A stretch of 64,000 nucleotides of DNA from an uncultured Verrucomicrobiae bacterium (GCA_963748055.1 CAVVII010000010.1:18820-82819); one strand, 5' to 3'; positions 34,401-45,111 are shown, counted from the first letter of the stretch. The notes: a model not told the origin generated them from the sequence alone. Numbers and translations: made by a program.

Positions 34401-35369
34401 CAGCACGCCCGCGTTCACCGTGGTCGCCCCGGTATAGGTATTGTTGCCGGTCAAAGTCAGTACGCCGATTCCGTCCTTGATAAGCTGTCCAGAACCGGAA
34501 ACCGAGGCGCTCAGCGTTGCTGTGTCGGTAAAATTAAATTTGATCACGCCGTCGTTCGACAATTGCAGGGGCACGAAATGGCGAAAATGCCGGCCAGCCC
34601 ACCGACACCGATGTCGATCTCGCCACTCGTGCCGATGGTCACGGTCTCCGCGCCTTCAAAACTAGCCTGGTCGGCGATGACAACCCGGCCTTGAGACGCT
34701 AACCCGACACTCAGCGCGCCGTTCTCAATCCAGGTCGAAGAGATTGGGCCCTCTCCATTGAAGAAACCAGTGATGGTAACCAGGCTCTCTCCCGTCGCGC
34801 CGGGAATCCGGCCAACTCCGGACCCAGTCGTGGTTAACGTTGCACCGTTCTCGACCAGGACAGAGCCTTGCACAACCTCCAGAGAAACCGGCGCGAGGCG
34901 GCCAAGGCAACTGCTGCAGCTCCCGGAGTACCATGCCGGTTGTGTCCTAACGCGAGCGTACGCAAATGTCGGTACTCCATCGATGGCTCCATTAACGACT
35001 ACCTGGCCGGAACCAAACGGCGTTATCGCTCCGGGGTCGTCGCGTTCAAATTCCCGCCAATGATAAGCTGTTTTGCGACCGCGTTCCTGGAATCGACATC
35101 GACGGCCCGAATATTGGCTGACTGAGCGCCCGGCGGGGCGACGTTGACACTCGCGGTTTGCTGGGCCGTTGGCGGAGGAGTACTGATGACTGCCTGGGCT
35201 CCAATTTCCCACTGTAAACCAATTGTTGTTGCCGGGGCTACTACCATTCCAAGTCAAATCCTGGGCATGAGCAGGTCATGACTCCGAAAGCAAGGCAAAT
35301 GAATGCAGCTCCCGCACAGAAGATTGGAAAATGGCGTGGGCTCAGGCGCAAGCGGGGGTGGGTGTGCAT
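31405..35369 (-). CDS. Autotransporter with passenger-associated beta-strand repeats and a C-terminal beta-barrel (multiple frameshifts)
   Basis: Signal peptide ..AHAQDLTWNG, repeated GTGTxVLxxxNTYxGxTTINAGTL, barrel ending SAGFRMTF. Confidence 0.9.
33060..34100 (-). repeat. About five near-identical 204-bp (68-aa) tandem repeats in the autotransporter passenger
   Basis: GTGTTATCCCGAACGAGCAC recurs at 33071, 33275 and about 33479. Confidence 0.9.
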
Positions 35370-35884
35370 GGCCAAGAATTTACCAGTTTCACGTACTCAA
35401 GTGAATAACACTTTTGGATTATTTTTGTCGGCGCGGGCGGGCCGGGAGACTGGGAAACCATCAGGAAAAAACAAATGAATTCTATGTTACATCGTATCGT
35501 GCAAATGCCGCATTCCTGAGGCTTTCCGTTACTTCATGTCCGCTGACCTATCAAAAACATCGACCGCTTCTGCTCAAACTGATACTGGGATAGGATTTGG
35601 TTTCTTTGAGATCCAGAGCAGAACCCCCAAGGAATTGATGAGTCTCCATTCTTCGAGCGAGAGGCAAAACCGGTTCTGAGGTGCCGCAAACAAAAGGTTC
35701 GCGCAAGGTGCCGGGCAAAACCGACTTACACTGTTCGAAATCCCTCCGGACCTCAGCGCGAAAGCCTTTCTTTAGACTCGTTAGCGAAACGAATACGGCC
35801 GGTTTTCGCAGAAATGCTAAAACGAGAAAATTTTCCGTTTTGCGTTCTGCTGCTGTTAGCGGCCTTGTCTTTGGTTTCCCGCCT

Positions 35885-37760
35885 ATGGCTGATGTGGCAC
35901 TGACGTCGAAATCCAAAGCGCCGCTATTTACAGAAGGCGGCCTCAAAGCGCTGATTGGCAGTATCCTTGTCTACTGGGGGATATACGCCTTAATAGCGCC
36001 GGTCACCAATTCGGACTCCCATGTTTATGACCTTGCCCGATTGAGCGTGGTTGAGCGCGCCGGCTTCTGGCAGGCGTCAGCCTGGAATTCGATCCGCCAG
36101 GTCATCTTTCCGTGGACGTTCGATGCTATTCACTATCCATTTCTCAAGGCAGGATGGGGATTCGCCCTTCCCAGTTTTCTCGCCTTCCTCGGTCTGCTGA
36201 TTATTATCTTTGAGCTGATTGCTCCGAAGTTAGGACCCAAGGCAGGACTTTGGTCAATCTTGACGCTGCTGGCAATGCCAACCCTGATGCTTCAGGCCAC
36301 GACCACTAAAAACGATCTCGTCATCGCTTTTGGCGTGGGCTGCTGGCTCTATTCAATCTTTCGGTTCCAGCGAAAGCAGAATCGCTTTTTCCTTTTCACC
36401 GCGGCTCTCAGCTTAGCGTTTACGATAGGTTGTAAGACCTCGGCCCTTCCGATTTGCGCAATATTGACGCTCGTAACCGGCTGGCTTCTTCGCAGACAGC
36501 TCCGAAGCGTTTTCTGGTTTGCGCTTTTCTTCGCCCCACTGCTGCTGCTTTTCGGGAGCATCGAGACCTATCTGCTGAGCTGGCGAATCTACCGGGACCC
36601 GATGGGTCCCTCACAATTCGTGTACGGCCATGCCAATCAGGATGGTCTCCGCGGAGCGACCGCTAATTTCATTCGATATTACGTGGCAAACATTTCCACC
36701 GGGATTGACGGGGTTGATTGTCGTTCGGGTTTTCCAGCTTTTCTTCGAAGAACAGTGTCGAATGCTGCTGGCCGGCATTGGCCTGAGCGATGCGGGTTGC
36801 CGAAAAGATTTCAGCGACTCGAACATGCCATTCCTGAAGGACGGTTCTGACTCAGGATCTGATTTCGGTCTCGTCGGATGTCTGGCGCTCTTCGTCGGCT
36901 CGTGCGTGGTCTTGAGACCAAGTTTTAAGAGTCCAGCCTGGGTCTTAAGTGCTGCGGGATTTGCGCTACTGGTACTTACCTCTTTTACCGTCGCCTGGAT
37001 GCCATGGAATGCCCGTTTCCTTTGTTTAAGTTTTATACTTTTTGGTGTGAGCCTTGCGACGTTAGTCTTTGAGCCGCCGAATGACCGATTCCGCCTGCAG
37101 TTGATCCTGGGATTAATTATCATTTGGTCAGCGATCTCACTACCTTTGCATTGTGGGCAGCGAAGACCGTTTGATTTCTGGAATGCTCTCTTTGCCCGCA
37201 CGGACTTGAGCTTTAAGCAAAAGCCGGAAATTAAGCAGGTTTACGAAGACGTTTTAAACCTTCAAATCAGTAACCCGGGCACGTGGTTTCTCGTTGCCGG
37301 CGAAAATTCGTGGACGTTGCCATTCCTCGCTCGACCAGGAATGAATTGGCAACTGACTCCTCGATGGGACCAGCTTCTAAAGGCGCGGAAAGCTCTGACC
37401 GAACCGAACGATGCTTTCGCTCTTGTTCTGAATACTCCACTTCCGCAGGAAATACCTTTCGAGATAGTAAAGGCTTACCCATCCTCGACCTTCATTGTCA
37501 GGATCCCGGCAGACACTACACAACCCACCTTAACCGGACAGGACTTTAGTTGGAAAGCTCTCCCCGGTCAGAGCTGGTGCCTGGAGATTAAGGGTTGCTT
37601 GTCGGTCGGGAAACAGCTATCTGCAAAGGAGCGCTCCACTGCCAGAATCGAATTCCATGAAAAGTCGAATTATCAAGTTCGCCGCATTCGCCGCTTGCAT
37701 TGCCCTCGGGACGTCGTTGGCGCTCGGATGGGGAGAGCACACGAACATCCGTACTCTTGA
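35885..37760 (+). CDS. Polytopic membrane glycosyltransferase-like protein (ArnT/PMT, GT-C type), frameshifted; 3' end uncertain
   Basis: APVTNSDSHVYDLAR loop, QATTTKNDL, many TM helices, WMPWNARF. Confidence 0.7.
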
Positions 37761-38073
37761 GACGCAGACCATGTTCATCCGGCATAAGGCGACGGAATAT
37801 CAACGCCGCGTCGCCGAGCGCAACGCGAAGGCATTTTTCAGCCAGTTGACACCGGCGAAAAAGATGGAGCTTAAGAAAAAGAATATCCGTGCTGTCCTTA
37901 TTCCGACCGTTCGAAGCCGCGAAACATCGCCCAAGGCTAAGGAGGTCAGGATGCGGTACTCTCTCGAGGGAGAATCCTTGATCGATGATTATACTTACGA
38001 GTTCGAAAAGCCGCTCCAAGCCGGAACCATTGCCAAGGCCGAGGGCCTCGATCCGGAATACGTTGGCCAGTAA
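37657..38073 (+). CDS. Small secreted hypothetical protein
   Basis: Signal-peptide-like MKSRIIKFAAFAACIALGTSLA; 138 aa. Confidence 0.65.
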   Translation: MKSRIIKFAAFAACIALGTSLALGWGEHTNIRTLETQTMFIRHKATEYQRRVAERNAKAFFSQLTPAKKMELKKKNIRAVLIPTVRSRETSPKAKEVRMRYSLEGESLIDDYTYEFEKPLQAGTIAKAEGLDPEYVGQ

Positions 38074-38095
38074 TACAGGCTTCCTTTCTAACTCG

Positions 38096-38149
38096 CTAAC
38101 TCGCAATGAGCTAGTGGATTCGATCGCCGCGTTGATTCGCGAGGATTAG
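38096..38149. repeat. Degenerate family C repeat between convergent genes
   Basis: CTAACTCGCAATGAGCT...TTCGA...GCGTTGATTCGCGAGGATTAG. Confidence 0.5.
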
Positions 38150-41100
38150 TGTTCCTCATCGGCTTTTGTCTCAGCAACGGGTACATTATTCTCTTTGCAC
38201 CATTTGATTGCTGACGGAAGGCCTACACTGGCGGCCCGGCTGATCAATTTTTCCGCTTCACTGCGGCGGCCCGGCTTCTTCTCAAGCATGAGACCATAAA
38301 AGAACATGCTGAGCGCATTTCCATGGTCTGTGCCTGCCTTATAGCGTTTCTCTGCTTCTTCTTCGCTCTTTTCAAGACCGCCCCAGCCCTCTTGATAGTA
38401 TTTCCCGAGGCGGGCCGCAGCATTCCAATCGTCCTTTTCAGCACGTTCCCAGCAATTTCTGGCGCGTCGATCCAGCTCATTTGCCTGCGCCTCCAGTTTC
38501 TTCTGGATTTGGGGATTCGCGCCCGCTCCGGCTTCCGTTCGTTTGAGGTCCGCTTTGTATTGAAGAATTCTACCCGCTAACGTCAGTGCCGGAATTACGT
38601 TTTGGTCAGCCAGCGGCATGATGATCTCTTCGGCTTTCTGAATATCTTGTTTGGTTCCCTTACCACTCAGGTAGCAATCTCCTATGTAGGCACCTGCTTC
38701 AAGATTGCGGTTTGGAGAATTATAAGCCTGGTTAAGCCATCCAAACCCTTCAACATCGTCGCTCGGCGTCCCTTTTCTCAGGTAGAGGCGACCAACTTTC
38801 ATCATTGCATATGAATCCCCTAGCTTTGTAGCGCGAAGGAACAAGTTTAACGCTTCGTTTCCACTTTCGTTTTCGGCTAGCCATAGAATGGCGGGAAGAA
38901 TATCGAGATTGGCAGCGTCCTTGACGCTACTCTTGTAATAGAAATCGAATTCATCCTTGGTAATCGGAGTCTCTCTCTTTCGGAGCCGGTCAATGGCGGC
39001 CCCAAGTTCCTTAGTATATTCTCCAGAGCCTGGCGCAAATTGCGCAAGTCGTACATAGGCGGCTAAATATTGGGGAGAACCTTCATCATATTTCTTAATC
39101 TCCCTCAGTAAGGCCGCGGTCGAGCCCGGCTTGAGTTGCAAACGAACCTCGGGAGCCATGCCTTTGCGCACCTGAATCTCTTGTTTGACCGGCTCGTACT
39201 CATCCAGGCTGGCGGTCACCTGATGGGTTCCAAAGGGAACATGAGTGAAAGTGTTCGGGGGCGTTTGTGGGGGCTTTCCGTCGAGCAGGACAGTGGCGCC
39301 GGGCGGATCACTCAGAATCGAGAGGGCGGCAATTTCCTGAGTTGGTTTCAGCTGCAAATGGATTTGGGGTGCCATCCCCCGCCGAACGTCAATATCTTGC
39401 TTGAGGGGTTCATAGTTATCCAGGGTTGCGGTAATCTGATGAGTGCCAAAAGGAACATGCGTGAAGGTGTTTAAGGGCGCCTCCGACGGCTTGCCATCGA
39501 GTAAAACGCTGGCGCCGTCCGGATCGCTTTGAATTGACAAGGCGGCCATTTCTTGAGTTGGTTTCAGCTGCAGACGGATTTGTGGAGTCATCCCTCGCCG
39601 AACGTCAATATCTTGCTTGATCGGTTCATAGCCATCCAGCGTTGCTGAAAGCTGGTGAGTGCCAAAAGGAACGTGGGTAAAAGTGTTTGAACCCGCCCGC
39701 GGGGGCTTGCCATCGAGCAAAATAGTAGCGCCGTCCGGTTCACCTTGGATGGACAGGGCGGCGATTTCCTGAATCGGTTTCAACTGTAAGCGGATTTGAG
39801 GGGTCATTCCTCGACGAACCTCAAGATCCTGCCTAAGAGGTTCATAATCATCCAGGGTAGCGGTCAGCTGATGAGTGCCGAAAGGCACGTGAGTAAAGGT
39901 GTTTGGTGGCGCTTGCGGGGGCTTGCCGTTGAGCAAAATGGTGGCGCCGTCCGGGTCACTTTGAATGGTCAGGGCGGCGATTTCTTGAGTCGGCTTCATT
40001 TGCAACCGGACTTGTGGCGTCATCCCTCGGCGGACCTCAATATCCTGCTTGAGCGGCTCATAGTTATCCAGGGTTGCGGTTAGCTGATGAGTGCCAAAAG
40101 GCACATGCGTAAAGGTGTTTGACGGACCTTGGGGGGCCTTGCCGTCCATGAGGATCCGGGCGCCGGGCGGCTCGCTTTGCACGGACAGGGCGGCGATATC
40201 CTGGCTCGGCTTCAACTGCAAATGGATTTGTGGAGTCATCCCCCGACGAACCTCGATGTCCTGATTGACCGGTTCATAGTTATCCAGGGTTGCGGTCAGC
40301 TGATGAGTGCCAAAGGGCACGTGAGTAAAGGTGTTTGAGGGTGCCTGCGGCGGCTTGCCGTCCAGTAGGATTGAGGCACCGGGGGGATCGCTTTGAATCG
40401 ACAAGGCGGCGATATCCTGACGCGGCTTCAGCTGGATACTTATTTGTGGAGTCATCCCCTCATGAACCTGAATATCTTGCTTGACCGGTTCATAGTTATC
40501 CAGGGTCGCAGTCAGCTGATGGGTCCCGAAAGGGATATGTGTGAATTTATTTGGCGGCGCCTGAGGAGGCTTGCCGTCCAATAGAATCGAGGCTCCGGGC
40601 GGTTCAATATGAACAGAGAGTGCATCGATTTCATGACTCTGCAAAGACCAATAGACTAGGAAAGCCCCGATGCCGAGGGCAGCGATCAGACCGAACGCGA
40701 GGATCAGAGGCCAGGACCGTACCGCAGATTTGGGTTTGCTTGGAACATCAGCCGGCGCTCTCGACGGCGTCCGGGGAAGCGGTTCTGGGAATCCGCGCTG
40801 GGTGCTTTCGTGGCGTTGCGGGGGCGGCGTATTGGCGCCGACTGCGTCCGCCAGCTGTCCGACTAATTCAGCTGCGGACGGGCATTCATCGACTAAAGCA
40901 CGCCGCAACACTGCGTTTCCTTCTTGTGTCAACGCGGCGATCGGCGTGTATTGACCCGTCGACTCCACTCTGGTTCGCGGCCCTCCAAGCAATTCGTAGG
41001 CGAGCAAGCTTAGCGAGCGCACACAACTTCCGCGCGGTCCGCTGCCGACGGGGCCCTGGATCCGGGTCGCCGAGCCCGCCCACGTAGCGGTGTCGGAGGG

Positions 41101-42582
41101 TAAGAAAGAAAAGTCGATGCCGTCAATTTTCGCCGCCAGAGGCTCCCAGGCGGTGAGCGGGCGCTGCAAAAGATCGGTTTGGCTGCCGCTCCCGGTCGAG
41201 GATGCCCGATACGCCAAATGAATCCCCAGCAATGTCAGGTCAACATGCTGAAGACGGTGGGCGCTCGCATGATCGGCAACGGGTGCCAGAAGGCTGAGTA
41301 ACCGTACGACTTCCGGCGCGCTTAGCACGCTTCGCGCCCGCAGCACGTCCAATAAGCTCGGTCCGACAAAATATTCCTCCACGAGGAAGCTATAGTCGGC
41401 GACAGTTTCTAACGAGTAGACCTCTCGCAGCATCGGGTGCGGCGCCTGGCGTAGCTGTTGCACCGTTTCCTCCAGACTGGCGAGACGAGCGCCGTCGGAC
41501 AAAAACTCCTGGCTTAAAACCAGCAGGCTGACTCGACGACCGCGCCGAAGGTCGTCCGCCAGAAATTTCCGCCCTTGCGGCGATTCAACAAATTCTTCGA
41601 CGAGTTTGTAGGTTTCGGCTAGAACCGCTCCGATGACCAAGGGTTGCCCGGGTGACGAGCTAAGATCGACTGTCTCGAAAGCGCTGGCTGGCTCGCCGGA
41701 ATTACTTCCGCCCCGACCGGATGAGGCGCGTATCTCTTCGAGACAGGCCAGGATAGCCTTCTGCAAATCTTGCGGAGTTTGAGGCCGATTTTTGCGATCC
41801 TTCTCCATCATTTGCTGAAGCAAAGAGACGACGCACCGGGGCAAGTTTGCCAAAGGCGCCATCGGGAGGGGCTTGTATAGCTGTTGGCTCATCACCTGGG
41901 CGACGGACCCGGTGAATGGCGATTGGCCGGTCAGCACGAAATAGAGAGTAGCTCCAAGCGAGTAAATATCCGAGCGGACATCCACTTCGCCTTCCTCCAC
42001 CTGTTCAGGGCTGGCGAAATGAGGAGTGCCGACAAACCCCCCCATGGTGAGCGCGCCAGAATCTTCGCCGGCATCCTTTGGGACCTTTGCTAGTCCGAAG
42101 TCGATGACTTTAACGATCGATTCACCTTCTTGGTCCACTAGCATCAAGTTGGTCGGTTTCAGGTCGCGATGAACTAACTGCTGCTTGGCAGCGACCGCTA
42201 AGGCGCGAGCCACTTGGAGCGCAATATTCAGCGCATCGACAGTAGCTAAGGGGCCTTTACGCTTGACACTAGCCTCGACGGTTTCGCCGTCGATGAACTC
42301 CATGACGTAAAAATAGTTGTCCTGTTCGGTGCCAAGATTGAAGACGGATGCGACATTGGAATGCCGTAGGGCGGCAGCGGCGCGCGCCTCGCGCAGAAAG
42401 CGTTGTCGCGCGGTGTCGCTTTCGAGATAAGCCGAATTAATGACCTTCAGGGCGACCGTAAAACGCAGGTTGGTGTCGTAAGCCTTATAGGTGATCCCCA
42501 TCGCACCTCGACCCAATTCCCAGAGGCTGCCATCCTCCCGGCGGAGTATCTCGTACTGGTGATAGCGCTCGGCCGTCGGCAT
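38146..42582 (-). CDS. Membrane Ser/Thr kinase: kinase + pseudokinase + TM + 7 PEGA repeats + Sel1-like C-terminus
   Basis: MPTAERY start at 42582; LGRGAMG, HRDLKPTN, DFG, GTPHFASPE; seven 72-aa repeats SDPxGAxILLDGK..GTHQLTATLDxYEP; Sel1-like helices. Confidence 0.92.
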   Translation of the reverse strand: MPTAERYHQYEILRREDGSLWELGRGAMGITYKAYDTNLRFTVALKVINSAYLESDTARQRFLREARAAAALRHSNVASVFNLGTEQDNYFYVMEFIDGETVEASVKRKGPLATVDALNIALQVARALAVAAKQQLVHRDLKPTNLMLVDQEGESIVKVIDFGLAKVPKDAGEDSGALTMGGFVGTPHFASPEQVEEGEVDVRSDIYSLGATLYFVLTGQSPFTGSVAQVMSQQLYKPLPMAPLANLPRCVVSLLQQMMEKDRKNRPQTPQDLQKAILACLEEIRASSGRGGSNSGEPASAFETVDLSSSPGQPLVIGAVLAETYKLVEEFVESPQGRKFLADDLRRGRRVSLLVLSQEFLSDGARLASLEETVQQLRQAPHPMLREVYSLETVADYSFLVEEYFVGPSLLDVLRARSVLSAPEVVRLLSLLAPVADHASAHRLQHVDLTLLGIHLAYRASSTGSGSQTDLLQRPLTAWEPLAAKIDGIDFSFLPSDTATWAGSATRIQGPVGSGPRGSCVRSLSLLAYELLGGPRTRVESTGQYTPIAALTQEGNAVLRRALVDECPSAAELVGQLADAVGANTPPPQRHESTQRGFPEPLPRTPSRAPADVPSKPKSAVRSWPLILAFGLIAALGIGAFLVYWSLQSHEIDALSVHIEPPGASILLDGKPPQAPPNKFTHIPFGTHQLTATLDNYEPVKQDIQVHEGMTPQISIQLKPRQDIAALSIQSDPPGASILLDGKPPQAPSNTFTHVPFGTHQLTATLDNYEPVNQDIEVRRGMTPQIHLQLKPSQDIAALSVQSEPPGARILMDGKAPQGPSNTFTHVPFGTHQLTATLDNYEPLKQDIEVRRGMTPQVRLQMKPTQEIAALTIQSDPDGATILLNGKPPQAPPNTFTHVPFGTHQLTATLDDYEPLRQDLEVRRGMTPQIRLQLKPIQEIAALSIQGEPDGATILLDGKPPRAGSNTFTHVPFGTHQLSATLDGYEPIKQDIDVRRGMTPQIRLQLKPTQEMAALSIQSDPDGASVLLDGKPSEAPLNTFTHVPFGTHQITATLDNYEPLKQDIDVRRGMAPQIHLQLKPTQEIAALSILSDPPGATVLLDGKPPQTPPNTFTHVPFGTHQVTASLDEYEPVKQEIQVRKGMAPEVRLQLKPGSTAALLREIKKYDEGSPQYLAAYVRLAQFAPGSGEYTKELGAAIDRLRKRETPITKDEFDFYYKSSVKDAANLDILPAILWLAENESGNEALNLFLRATKLGDSYAMMKVGRLYLRKGTPSDDVEGFGWLNQAYNSPNRNLEAGAYIGDCYLSGKGTKQDIQKAEEIIMPLADQNVIPALTLAGRILQYKADLKRTEAGAGANPQIQKKLEAQANELDRRARNCWERAEKDDWNAAARLGKYYQEGWGGLEKSEEEAEKRYKAGTDHGNALSMFFYGLMLEKKPGRRSEAEKLISRAASVGLPSAIKWCKENNVPVAETKADEEH
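39125..40625 (-). repeat. Seven 216-bp PEGA-coding tandem repeats
   Basis: The 72-aa unit is visible in the translation. Confidence 0.9.
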
Positions 42583-42670
42583 TGCAGGTAGGACAATAAA
42601 CAGAAGAAGCGGACGAGTACAACCAATCATCGGTCCCGTCGAGATAACCCCAAGTGCCGCCCGCGCGACA

Positions 42671-42763
42671 GGAGTCGTATCTAAAAATATAAATATTGAT
42701 AACTCCAACCGGACGGCAAGGTCACAAAACGCTTTCAATTATTATATTTTTAGATACGACCCC
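42671..42763. repeat. 93-bp family B inverted-repeat element
   Basis: GGAGTCGTATCTAAAAATATAA...TTATATTTTTAGATACGACCCC; same ends as 29886..30167. Confidence 0.8.
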
Positions 42764-42855
42764 AAAGGGTGACGGGGGATGGCGGGGGAGAAATTGCGGC
42801 GGAACGGCTCGACAGGGGGGAGGGGGGCATATAGTTACTGGCAGCCTGGAGAGGT

Positions 42856-44313
42856 ATGGAAATCCTGGTCGAATCTGCCCAAACGATCGCGCGATTCCTG
42901 AGGGATCAGGATTATACCGAAGAACGCTTGAGCCAATTGGGAGTGGAGGAATGGCCGTTGAACGGTTTTGCGGGTCAGCCGACGTCCAACTGGCTCGCGA
43001 TCGGGGACCGTCGGCTTGAATTGCTGGTCTGTGCCTTTTGCCTGGGCGAGGCGGTGGAAATAAGCCAGGCGGAGAAACTCATCCCCGTCGAGATCTTGCG
43101 TGAGATTCTAAAGAGCGGACTGATGGTGCGGGACGGGGAGAGGTTGCGACCGGTTTGCCGGCTGTCGCATTTTGGCGAGCTGATTATCGCGTGTGACTTC
43201 CGACGGAGGGCCGAAACCGGCGCCGCGGAGGATCTGGTTCTCGGTGTTAATTCGACGGCGCGGCTGCTGGCCAGGTGCGGCATTTTCCGTCCTGGAAATA
43301 ACGTGCTGGATCTTGGCACCGGTTGTGGCACGCTCGCGCTGGTCGCGGCTCCCTTCGCCGCATCCGTTGTCGGCACTGATGTCAACCGGCGGGCGTTGAG
43401 TTTTGCGCGATTCAATGCGGCTTTGAACGGGTTAGGCAACGTCTCGTTTAAGCATGGTGACCGTTTCGAACCGGTGGCGGGACGTCGGTTTGACTTGATC
43501 ATTTCGAACCCGCCGTTCTTTCTGGCGCCAGTCTCGGGCTTGCTCTATTGCGAAAACAGCATGGAGCTGGACGGATTCGTGGAATCGCTGGCGCGAGGCG
43601 CACCGCAGTTTTTGGAGGAGGGCGGTGTGTTTCAGATGCTGTGCGAATGGGTGGAGTTCGTAGGCCAAGCCTGGGAGGATCGCATCAGGCCGTGGTTTGC
43701 ACAGTCTGATTGCGACGTTCATCTATGGCGGGGTTATGAACTCAGCCCCATGGAATACGCACGCAAGCGCGCGCAGGAGCAAGTCCAACTGTATCCGGAG
43801 ACTGCGGTGGCTTCATTTTCGAAGCGGATATCCTATCTGACGCACCGTCACGTGAAGACTATCTTCGGCGGCTTGATCACCATGCGGCGCCGCTCCGAAC
43901 GAAATTGGTTTTGGGTGGAAGAGATGCAAAAACGGCCGGCCGGCCCGATCGGCGATGGTCTACTGGAGCGGTTTGCCACCCTGGATAGATTGGAATCGAA
44001 CGATGAACAAGCTTTGTTAGCTGCGTGTCCGGGATTGGCCGCGCATGTGCGCCTGGTGACTGAAGCCGTGCAAAGGGACTGCACCTGGGTTGTCGAACGA
44101 AGCTATCTCGAGCGCACGGACGATCTGCCGGCGAAGCTGGGATTGGATTCCGTCGTGGCGAGCCTTGGTGCGCAATTGGACGGAACGCAGACTGTTGAAG
44201 CGTTGTTAAAGAAGTTGGCACTGGAGCAGAAAGCCCCGGTCGAGTTGGTGATTGCGGAAGGTCTGCGGGTGATCAAGCGGCTTGGAGCCGCCGGGCTGAT
44301 TCGGCTTGAATAG
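42856..44313 (+). CDS. Class I SAM methyltransferase (MTS/HemK-like, NPPF motif)
   Basis: VLDLGTGCG, GTDVNRRA, FDLIISNPPF. Confidence 0.88.
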   Translation: MEILVESAQTIARFLRDQDYTEERLSQLGVEEWPLNGFAGQPTSNWLAIGDRRLELLVCAFCLGEAVEISQAEKLIPVEILREILKSGLMVRDGERLRPVCRLSHFGELIIACDFRRRAETGAAEDLVLGVNSTARLLARCGIFRPGNNVLDLGTGCGTLALVAAPFAASVVGTDVNRRALSFARFNAALNGLGNVSFKHGDRFEPVAGRRFDLIISNPPFFLAPVSGLLYCENSMELDGFVESLARGAPQFLEEGGVFQMLCEWVEFVGQAWEDRIRPWFAQSDCDVHLWRGYELSPMEYARKRAQEQVQLYPETAVASFSKRISYLTHRHVKTIFGGLITMRRRSERNWFWVEEMQKRPAGPIGDGLLERFATLDRLESNDEQALLAACPGLAAHVRLVTEAVQRDCTWVVERSYLERTDDLPAKLGLDSVVASLGAQLDGTQTVEALLKKLALEQKAPVELVIAEGLRVIKRLGAAGLIRLE

Positions 44314-44328
44314 AGAAACTTCGCGAGC

Positions 44329-45111
44329 TTAAATCGACTGGGGGATCAGCTGCGAGATGCGTTGCTTGAATGGGTCGGGCATCTGTCGAACGGCCTCGAC
44401 ATCGATCAATTCGATGAATGCGTTGATGCCTGACAACTCGGTTGCGGCGGCTATGAGCGGCCCAGGGGGGAGAAAGGTAGGAATTTGTGATTGGATGACA
44501 ACCACAGGGAGGCCATTCAGGCTTGGATGCGGTTGCGTGTTAACATCGTAGCGAAGCTCAGTTAGAATCGAGATCAAGCCGCCACTCCGTGAAAGCAGCG
44601 CCTGGATCACCAGGGCATTCACCACAAACTGCCGCAGTTGATCGATTCCGCGGCGATCTTGTCTGCGGGCAAACGACTGAACGGCTTGAGAAACGGAATA
44701 GCCTGGTCCGTAAACTAATATCCAGCGAGTGGGTGAAGTAATCAGGATCGAACGCTTGCCGGATTCGACAGCAATCTCCTGAGTATATTCCCAGCGATGC
44801 AAATCGAGCTTTACGCCAATATCCGCGAGCCAGTCCGTCTCGAATTCCTTTGCAAAATCAAACGGCTTGCCGGGGAGACGGCGATAGTTTTCCTGTATTT
44901 CAGTCAGTGCCTTGTCGGCACCGGGCACATCGAATTTTGAGCCGGCGAGTTTCCCAAGAAGGCGCTCTGGCAGGAGGAGAGAACGCAGGGTGTCCAGATA
45001 TCCCAGGAGTTGTTTCTCAAGAAAATCCGACACCGCCTGGGTGCTTTTCCGTGCTGCGGCCAGTTGTTCGAAAGAAAGTTTTTTAGTCGGCGCTGCAGTC
45101 GTCTCCGCCAT
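44329..45111 (-). CDS. Hypothetical protein downstream of the tssKLM arm
   Basis: Clean 260-aa ORF, co-oriented with tagF/tssM. Confidence 0.75.
   Translation of the reverse strand: MAETTAAPTKKLSFEQLAAARKSTQAVSDFLEKQLLGYLDTLRSLLLPERLLGKLAGSKFDVPGADKALTEIQENYRRLPGKPFDFAKEFETDWLADIGVKLDLHRWEYTQEIAVESGKRSILITSPTRWILVYGPGYSVSQAVQSFARRQDRRGIDQLRQFVVNALVIQALLSRSGGLISILTELRYDVNTQPHPSLNGLPVVVIQSQIPTFLPPGPLIAAATELSGINAFIELIDVEAVRQMPDPFKQRISQLIPQSI

Noticed and set aside
31618-34694. Long + strand ORFs opposite the autotransporter
   Set aside because: Antisense shadows of GC-rich repetitive coding sequence
35635-35806. Hammerhead ribozyme (TGATGA-stem-AAAAC)
   Set aside because: The core would carry C3U and G12A changes and only a 3-bp stem I, which is not supportable as an active hammerhead
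14082-37760. Mass pseudogenisation or programmed frameshifting of T6SS and neighbouring genes
   Set aside because: Single-base indels are scattered across unrelated genes, including iolE and gabD, with motifs otherwise intact; sequencing error is the simpler explanation, though reads are needed to confirm
39125-40625. Diversity-generating retroelement template/variable repeats
   Set aside because: Differences between repeats are not adenine-specific and no RT is present in the window; these are ordinary PEGA duplications
42583-42738. N-terminal extension of the 1530-aa kinase ORF (likewise 9862-9906 for kinase 1)
   Set aside because: It runs through the IR element; paralog alignment places the starts at 42582 and 9907
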